The notes below the pieces were generated by a model. That model made no database searches. It saw only the letters and a program-made list of their open reading frames with translations, and was not told the DNA's origin. DNA of 64,000 bases. Source: Rubripirellula sp. Lineage in GTDB: Bacteria > Planctomycetota > Planctomycetia > Pirellulales > Pirellulaceae. The stretch is from assembly GCA_965216875.1 (NCBI GenBank), contig OZ244207.1, positions 1,664,001-1,728,000 of the forward strand, given 5' to 3'. Both the position numbers and the translations under genes were made by a program. Positions within the stretch are counted from its first letter, which is position 1, and every line of letters starts with the position of its first letter. Shown piece by piece: positions 58,001 through 64,000 of the stretch.

Positions 58001-60043
58001 CTAATCGCGTCGTCCAGACCAACGCAACATTTGATGTTCGAGGTCAAGCGGGTAGCTGACCGTGACGTCCGTGATATCGCCATCGGCATTGCGCGTTGCG
58101 GTGAGCTCTGGCATCACAAATCCGGTGAACGCGGGTTGGTCGAGCGCTTCGAACCGCTCAAGGACTTCGTCGCGCAACTCGGTGTCGATGTGAATCCCGT
58201 AGGTTTCAAAGAGCTTCATCGCGGCTGGACGGTCGGCTTCGGATTTGATTCGTTGAACTTCGGCTAACAGTTGTCCAACGCCGCGATGCCAGGTTTCAAC
58301 ATCCGCAACGCGAAGATAGGTCTTGCCGTCGCGCCGAACCTTGTCGATCGCATCGGTGTTTTTCATCAACCAGTGCACGATCATTTGGCGATTGCGCATA
58401 TGGTCTTCTTCAATCGTGGTGCCGGTCTTGATGCGCCGCAGCTGCATCATTGCGTTTCGTGTGTAGTGCTCGTAGGCGGCTCGTTGGATCGTTTTGAGGT
58501 CCTTTGCGTCGACCAAGCCCAGTTCAACCAGCTTTTCGTCGCCGAGGAACCAGAGGGCAACCAGGTCGGCGCGACCTTCCTCGAGCGCCGAGTAATATTC
58601 CTTGATGACGTCCTCGGGATTCAATTCGAGGTGTGGCGCCATCTGGCCCGACGCGTGTCCAATCACCTCGTGCATGTTGACTTCGAGTGCGAGTGCTTGG
58701 CTCTTCCACTTCATGCGTGCCGCCTCTTCCTCGTCAAAACAGAACTCGTTTCGCGCTGCTTTGGAACTCGACAGGTCATACGCTTCCATCACATTCGAAA
58801 GCGAAACCGACTTGCTGCCGTATTGCTCGCGGATGTCGCCAGGGTTGGGCAAGTTGATGCCAATCGGAGTCACGGGGCCTGAGTCGCCCGTTTCCATCAC
58901 GGCTTGGATAGCCTTTGCCGAGATGCCTCGGACCTCCGGTTTTCGGAATTGCCGCCCGTAGGGCATATGGTCTTCGAACCACTGCGCATTGTCGGCGAAC
59001 TTACGAATCATCTTGGTCTTTTCGGGATCGTCGAAATAGACAACGGCTTCCCAAGCCCCTTTCTGACCGCGTGCATCGAGATACACCTCGATAAACCCGT
59101 TGATCGTGTCGACGGGCGAATCGTCATCGGCGACCCAGGTGATGTTGTATTCGCGAAAATCGATCGCCTCGCCGGTGCGGTAGTAGTGGACGAGAGCCCC
59201 CAGTGCCCGTGCCATCTTGGGTGTTGCAAACTCAATCGCTGCCTCGAGGTGCTTGATGACCGACGAAAGTTCGTCGGCATACAACCCGGGCGCAATCAGC
59301 TCGTCAAAACCCGCACGATAGATCTGTTCCTCGAGCGTTCCGTCAGGCAGTTTGCGCAGTCGCGAATTCAGCGGGTAGCGCTCCTCAAACCCTTTCAAGT
59401 CCTCCATCGAGACGTTCTCGTAGAGATTGTTGGCACTCGCGATCAGAATGTCGGCGCCCTCTTTGGGCGACTTGTTGGTTGCATGCGAATCGTGCTCGGG
59501 ATCAAACAACACCGGCTTCAGACGCTGCAAGAATTCGTCGATCGATTCATCTTCATGGACCGGAATCTTTGCACCGTTGATCGCGGCAACTTTGACAGCC
59601 ATGACAAAGTCATCAAAGGAGCATTCCAAGACATTCTTTTGCCCGGTGATCGGATTGTGTGGCCCGTTGCCGATCCAAAACAACTTGGCGTATTTGCGGA
59701 TCTTGGCCAACACAGCTGGATCCACATCCTCGCCCCCAAGCAGCGTCTCTTCGATCAAGTCGCGAATCACCAGTGAATGTTCGTACTTTTGATCGATAAA
59801 GATGTCGCGTCCCGCGACGGCGGCGTTGGACAGGTGATAGATCAGAGTCTTGTCACGCAGCGAAAGTTGGTCAAAACCGTCTACGTAAAGTTGGACGACT
59901 GCCATGTCGTCGATCCGTTCAAGCAAATACTTGCGTTTCGACTCTTCGGTCGGGTCCTGCGCGCCAACGTGGTTTCCACAAAGCACCACGAGCAAGGTTG
60001 CCGCAATCAATCCACCACGCATCAAGCAAACACATCCACGCAT
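58001..60043 (-). CDS. dipeptidyl peptidase III-like (M49) metallopeptidase, secreted
   Basis: HEVIGH, EEGRAD, PIGINLPN; signal peptide. Confidence 0.9.
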   Translation of the reverse strand: MRGCVCLMRGGLIAATLLVVLCGNHVGAQDPTEESKRKYLLERIDDMAVVQLYVDGFDQLSLRDKTLIYHLSNAAVAGRDIFIDQKYEHSLVIRDLIEETLLGGEDVDPAVLAKIRKYAKLFWIGNGPHNPITGQKNVLECSFDDFVMAVKVAAINGAKIPVHEDESIDEFLQRLKPVLFDPEHDSHATNKSPKEGADILIASANNLYENVSMEDLKGFEERYPLNSRLRKLPDGTLEEQIYRAGFDELIAPGLYADELSSVIKHLEAAIEFATPKMARALGALVHYYRTGEAIDFREYNITWVADDDSPVDTINGFIEVYLDARGQKGAWEAVVYFDDPEKTKMIRKFADNAQWFEDHMPYGRQFRKPEVRGISAKAIQAVMETGDSGPVTPIGINLPNPGDIREQYGSKSVSLSNVMEAYDLSSSKAARNEFCFDEEEAARMKWKSQALALEVNMHEVIGHASGQMAPHLELNPEDVIKEYYSALEEGRADLVALWFLGDEKLVELGLVDAKDLKTIQRAAYEHYTRNAMMQLRRIKTGTTIEEDHMRNRQMIVHWLMKNTDAIDKVRRDGKTYLRVADVETWHRGVGQLLAEVQRIKSEADRPAAMKLFETYGIHIDTELRDEVLERFEALDQPAFTGFVMPELTATRNADGDITDVTVSYPLDLEHQMLRWSGRRD

Positions 60044-60352
60044 CGAACACCAATCTCCGTAAGGGCTTCCATTGAGAAGCGACCGTTTTACACGATGGCC
60101 GTGTTGTAGGTGATGCTCCCCAGGGCAATTTGCAGGCGGCGTGCAATGTGTGACTTGAGACGGCGTCGAATTCCCAAGAAAGGCAACATTTTTCTTACCA
60201 CCGCTTGGATTCGGTTTGTGATTTGCAATATTCGATAGTCACGTCGCGGTATGCCATCTTGGCAGCTGGGGCGGCTGCGCCGAATCATTCGCACATGGAG
60301 GCTGAATCGCGGCGTTTTTCGATACAAAAACACTTACAAACTGCAGATATAC

Positions 60353-61315
60353 GTGGCAGAAGACCTTTACCAGATCCTTGGCGTTGCTCGCGACGCCTCC
60401 CAGGCTGACATCAAGAAGGCTCATCGGAAGCTTGCGCTGAAGTTCCACCCGGACAAAAACCCAGATGATGATGTCGCCAAGGAGAAGTTCAAACGAGTTC
60501 AGGAGGCCTATGACGTTCTAAGCGACGACGAAAAGCGTGCTGCTTATGACCGGTACGGAGCCGATTTCGAGCGGATTCGCAGTACGGGCTACCACCCGGG
60601 TGCGGGCGCCGGTGGCTTTGATGGACTCGACTTGGAGCAGATCTTTGGTGGTCGAGGTGCCCAGTTCGAAGGAGGCTTTTCCGATTTCTTCGAGCAGATG
60701 ATGGGCGGTGGCGGCGCAGGTCCCCGCGGCGCGGGCGGAGGGCGCCGGCAACGACGCCAGCCGGCTCCGCAACGTGGTTCCAACATTCGACACGAACTCG
60801 AGATTCCCCTGGCGACTGCCGTTTTGGGAAACAAGACCGAGTTCTACCTGACGCGCAGTGGGCAAAGCGAAAAGCTTTCGGTCACCATCCCGCCAGGTGT
60901 CGAAACCGGTTCAAAAATCCGACTCCGCGAACAGGGCCAACCCTCGCCCAACGGTGGACCACGCGGCGACCTGATCTTGTTGATCAAAGTCTCGGATCAT
61001 CCCAACTTTCGCCGAATCGGACGGAACCTCGAACTCAAGCTTCCTGTCTCTCTCTCGGAGGCTGCACTGGGCGCCAAAATCGACGTTCCCACTCCGGCCG
61101 GTACGGTGACACTGACGATTCCACCGGCGACGAGCAGTGGAAAACGCCTGAGGCTTAAAGGGCAGGGCGTGAAGCAACGTGATGGAAGCGCGGGCGACTT
61201 GATTGTTGAGGTCGAGATTCAGCTTCCCGATCAGATCGATGATTCGTCGAAACAACTGATCGAACAGTTTGCAGAAAACAACCCGATGAACTTGCGTCAC
61301 GATTTGTCGTTTTGA
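60353..61315 (+). CDS. DnaJ class B (CbpA-like) chaperone without zinc finger
   Basis: DLYQILGV...HPD J-domain, G/F region, C-terminal domains; no CxxCxGxG. Confidence 0.92.
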   Translation: MAEDLYQILGVARDASQADIKKAHRKLALKFHPDKNPDDDVAKEKFKRVQEAYDVLSDDEKRAAYDRYGADFERIRSTGYHPGAGAGGFDGLDLEQIFGGRGAQFEGGFSDFFEQMMGGGGAGPRGAGGGRRQRRQPAPQRGSNIRHELEIPLATAVLGNKTEFYLTRSGQSEKLSVTIPPGVETGSKIRLREQGQPSPNGGPRGDLILLIKVSDHPNFRRIGRNLELKLPVSLSEAALGAKIDVPTPAGTVTLTIPPATSSGKRLRLKGQGVKQRDGSAGDLIVEVEIQLPDQIDDSSKQLIEQFAENNPMNLRHDLSF

Positions 61316-61329
61316 CGCCAGCGAAATGA

Positions 61330-61686
61330 ATGGCATTGACCGAGTCCTTTTCGAAGACCGACCGCATCGTCAGCAGCGACGACTTTACCGTTGCGCTGCG
61401 AGCTGGCCACTGCGCGGCTGATGGAACCCTGGTCGTCTTCGCCGTGGCATCAGGCGAACAACGGACTCGGATCGGGATCACCATCCCCAAGCGAACGGGA
61501 TGCGCTGTGGTGCGCAATCGCTGGAAGCGTTTGATTCGTGAGTCCTTTCGAACGCAGCGTGGACGGATCCCGACCGGCTTCGATTTCGTTGTACGGCCCA
61601 AGAAGGGTGCCGAGCCTGATTGGGAAGCGGTCAAAAAGTCGCTGCCAAAGATGGCCCAAAAGGCCGCCAAGCGAGCCCAGGCGTAG
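61330..61686 (+). CDS. rnpA: ribonuclease P protein component
   Basis: RIGITIPKRTGCAVVRNRWKRLIRESFR RNR motif. Confidence 0.92.
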   Translation: MALTESFSKTDRIVSSDDFTVALRAGHCAADGTLVVFAVASGEQRTRIGITIPKRTGCAVVRNRWKRLIRESFRTQRGRIPTGFDFVVRPKKGAEPDWEAVKKSLPKMAQKAAKRAQA

Positions 61687-61699
61687 ATAGGGCGTGGAG

Positions 61700-61725
61700 G
61701 CTACTTTCGCGGAGCGAAAGGCGAC
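61700..61725. repeat. family D repeat between convergent genes
   Basis: GCTACTTTCGCGGAGCGAAAGGCGAC, identical to copies near 47135 and 55280. Confidence 0.8.
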
Positions 61726-61742
61726 TTTCAGAAATCCAAAGC

Positions 61743-63146
61743 CTACGGCTGCAGGCAGTGCCGATTCGCCATGCTGATGCCGCTGACGATCGCACCGACG
61801 ATTCCCACGAAACCTTGATCGGTTCCGCAGAGGAATACGTTCGGTAGGTGCGTCGTCCCATCGAGTTGCTTGTCGGGCGCACCGTAGACCGCACCGTTGT
61901 CATGCCAGGTGAACCGGCGAATGGTTTTTGGCGTGAAGACATCGGTGTCGATCACGTATTGCCGAAAGTCTGGCATAAAACGCACAGCAGATTCGACCGC
62001 ATCGTCATACTCGACGACCTTGGCGGCGCGATACTTTTCCTCTTCGAGGTCGCACCAGCGATCGTGATTGGCAAGCGTCGTGATCCGTACGACTCCGTCG
62101 GGCAAGTCGCCATCTTCGGGATCATAAACGTAGTTGTTGGGCGAACAGATGACGCCGGTTCGAGCATCACAGAGTGATTCGTCCGGACGTTCCCAATGGA
62201 ACTTCTCGCTATCGTTGTAAAAGACGATCGTGCGATCGAACCCGAAATCGCTTGGCTTGCGGTCGAGAACGGAGATCGATTCGATGAACGAGAGTTGGCC
62301 TGCACGAGCGACATCGACTTCGGTGATGTCGTCACACATTCGCATCGTTTCGACATTACCAGCGGACGACAAAATGCGAGCTCCTTCGAGCTCCGTTCCG
62401 TCGTCGAGCACAACGCCGGTGGCTCGGCCATCTTCGACGTGGATCTTTGCAACACCACTGCGCAATTTCAACTCGCCGCCGAGACCGCGGAACTTGCGAA
62501 CCAAGTTCTTCAGGATCACTCGCACGCCTTTGAATGGGCGACCGAATCCTTCCAGGTAACAGGCGCGGAACATGATGCAGAACTGGCCGAAGTCCATGTC
62601 GTTCTGGCGAGCGTTTCCGTACCACATCAGCGGACAGATCAACATCTCGATCAGCAGCGGATCGCTCAGGTGTTCCGCCATGACTTCGCGCGCCGAACGC
62701 ATGAAGCTCGGGTCGTCACCATCCATGTCGGTGTAATCCAACAGCGATGCACAGAGCGAACGAAAACCATCGATTTGGTCTGGGAAGTGGCTGGCGATTT
62801 CACTTTCAAGCAACTTGATGTCGTTGGTGAAGTCGAGCGTCACATCGGGAAACCGAATGGACGAACCAACCTGCTCGGCCAAGTTGAAGTCTTCCCAGCG
62901 AAATCGGAGCTGGCGAATCAGCTTGGCCAGTGGACCCTTCTTGGTACCTTTGCGGGCGAAGTTGGTCATCGCATGCAAACCAACGTCGTAGTCACGACCG
63001 CCCATCCGATAAAACGAATTGAGTCCGCCGATCGTGTAGTGCTTTTCCAGAATGCAGACACGCTGGTCGAAGTGGGCCAAGCGAATGCCTGCAGCCAGTC
63101 CGCTCATCCCCGCACCGATAATGATCGTGTCGTAACGAGCGGTCAT
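61743..63146 (-). CDS. FAD-dependent oxidoreductase, phytoene-desaturase-like
   Basis: IIIGAGMSGL...LEKH..IGG, DVGLH, FTPKTI.RFT...GAVYG, FLCGTD.G..GIVGA..SG. Confidence 0.9.
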   Translation of the reverse strand: MTARYDTIIIGAGMSGLAAGIRLAHFDQRVCILEKHYTIGGLNSFYRMGGRDYDVGLHAMTNFARKGTKKGPLAKLIRQLRFRWEDFNLAEQVGSSIRFPDVTLDFTNDIKLLESEIASHFPDQIDGFRSLCASLLDYTDMDGDDPSFMRSAREVMAEHLSDPLLIEMLICPLMWYGNARQNDMDFGQFCIMFRACYLEGFGRPFKGVRVILKNLVRKFRGLGGELKLRSGVAKIHVEDGRATGVVLDDGTELEGARILSSAGNVETMRMCDDITEVDVARAGQLSFIESISVLDRKPSDFGFDRTIVFYNDSEKFHWERPDESLCDARTGVICSPNNYVYDPEDGDLPDGVVRITTLANHDRWCDLEEEKYRAAKVVEYDDAVESAVRFMPDFRQYVIDTDVFTPKTIRRFTWHDNGAVYGAPDKQLDGTTHLPNVFLCGTDQGFVGIVGAIVSGISMANRHCLQP

Positions 63147-63296
63147 GACTGGCTAATGAATCGGGCCGACTGTTCGACGCGAGGTCTCAGTCAACGCCCT
63201 AGGAACTCTTTGGTACGAAGCGAATTGCAAACAGGATAGTTCGCTTCGCCCTATGGTAAATGCCGCGGTGACCTTTCGATCCAAAGCGGCCTTGGC

Positions 63297-63548
63297 CTAA
63301 AGGTCCTTCATTTTGGGTTCCAGGTACGTGACCGTGGAACTCATGCTGGCGAGGTTGGGGTAGTCTTCCTCGGGGATCTGGACTCGGTGACGCTTACGAA
63401 GTTCCATCACGATGTCCAAGAAATCCATGCTATCCAGTTCCAACTGGTCGCGGAACGCCTTGTCATCGTCGAGATTGTCGAGATCCTCGTCGGGCGAGAT
63501 GTCCTCGAGGATATCCTTGATTTCGTCTCGAATTTCAGCAGGCGTCAT
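63297..63548 (-). CDS. acyl carrier protein
   Basis: Acidic small protein with the LDSMD phosphopantetheine site and IPEED. Confidence 0.92.
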   Translation of the reverse strand: MTPAEIRDEIKDILEDISPDEDLDNLDDDKAFRDQLELDSMDFLDIVMELRKRHRVQIPEEDYPNLASMSSTVTYLEPKMKDL

Positions 63549-63646
63549 TGATTCCGTCACTCCGTGATTTTGATTTCGCCAACGACGTGGCGATGTGGAT
63601 TGTGTTGTATTGGTATTCGGGTTTTTTTGCTTCGTTTGGCGAGCGA

Positions 63647-64000
63647 TTAGACGCGGCCGATGATCACGACCGAGTTGATTCCGAGCATGCCAAACGAGTT
63701 GTTCAGGATGTAGTCGACCGACTTTTCTTCACGCGGCTCATTGAGGACAAGTCCGGGAAGTTCACACTCGGGATCGAGCTGATCGACGTTGATCGTAGGG
63801 TGAACCACGCGATCGCGGAAGGACTGTAGGTTGCCGGCCAGTTCCAGCGAACCTGCTGCACCCATCGCGTGGCCGATGTAGCTTTTCGTGTTGTTGATTC
63901 GCACGTTGGTGCATTCGCCAAAGACACGACGCAGTGCCGTGCATTCTTGAGCGTCGCCACTTGAGGTGCCAGTCGCGTGCGTGCTGACGATGTCAATCTG
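63647..64000 (-). CDS. beta-ketoacyl-ACP synthase (FabB/FabF-like), 5' part outside the window
   Basis: HATGT, TKSYIGHAMGAAG, PTIN, NNSFGMLGINS. Confidence 0.92.
   Translation of the reverse strand, partial: QIDIVSTHATGTSSGDAQECTALRRVFGECTNVRINNTKSYIGHAMGAAGSLELAGNLQSFRDRVVHPTINVDQLDPECELPGLVLNEPREEKSVDYILNNSFGMLGINSVVIIGRV

Noticed and set aside
61743..63146. Carotenoid gene crtI
   Set aside because: No crtB or crtE is present nearby and the context is fatty-acid-synthase genes, so only a family-level call is supported.
1..64000. tRNA, rRNA, integrase, transposase or prophage genes
   Set aside because: None recognised by eye; tRNAscan-SE and Infernal would be needed to exclude small RNAs.

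Overview
64 kb of a GC-rich bacterial chromosome, very probably a planctomycete of the Pirellulaceae type. That call rests on a planctomycete-type RRLxxExLxxRxLLA N-terminus, a BBP7-like barrel, an SHD1-like domain, a sulfatase and dense intergenic palindromic repeats. The backbone is housekeeping and envelope genes: rsmG, cysD-cysNC, sulfatase, DUF11/SdrD-B adhesin, RND pump, parA-parB, carA, ndk, sigma-70, DnaJ, rnpA, and the end of a ketosynthase-ACP-phytoene-desaturase-like cluster. An accessory region at about 16-30 kb holds the most interesting material. It contains (1) a P-loop + pentapeptide-repeat protein, a 104-bp REP tandem array, and an RNA ligase + HD/polynucleotide-kinase pair that looks like an RNA repair module; (2) an ArsC/Spx-like selenoprotein with an in-frame UGA (UxxC) and a SECIS-like hairpin, which the ORF track truncates; and (3) a compositionally atypical uncharacterised operon made of an apparently inactive trypsin-like protein, a small helical protein and a 1074-aa protein with tandem Lrp/AsnC-like ferredoxin folds plus an HExxH...E metallopeptidase motif, flanked by a possible convergent paralogue of the small protein. 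Item 3 is the best candidate for an undescribed protease-based conflict or signalling system. A BldC-like HTH/B12-fold regulator lacking both cobalamin histidines sits divergently from a sigma factor, with 9-bp repeated operator-like sites between them. No rRNA, tRNA, CRISPR array or transposase was recognised. All family calls are by eye from motifs; no searches were run.
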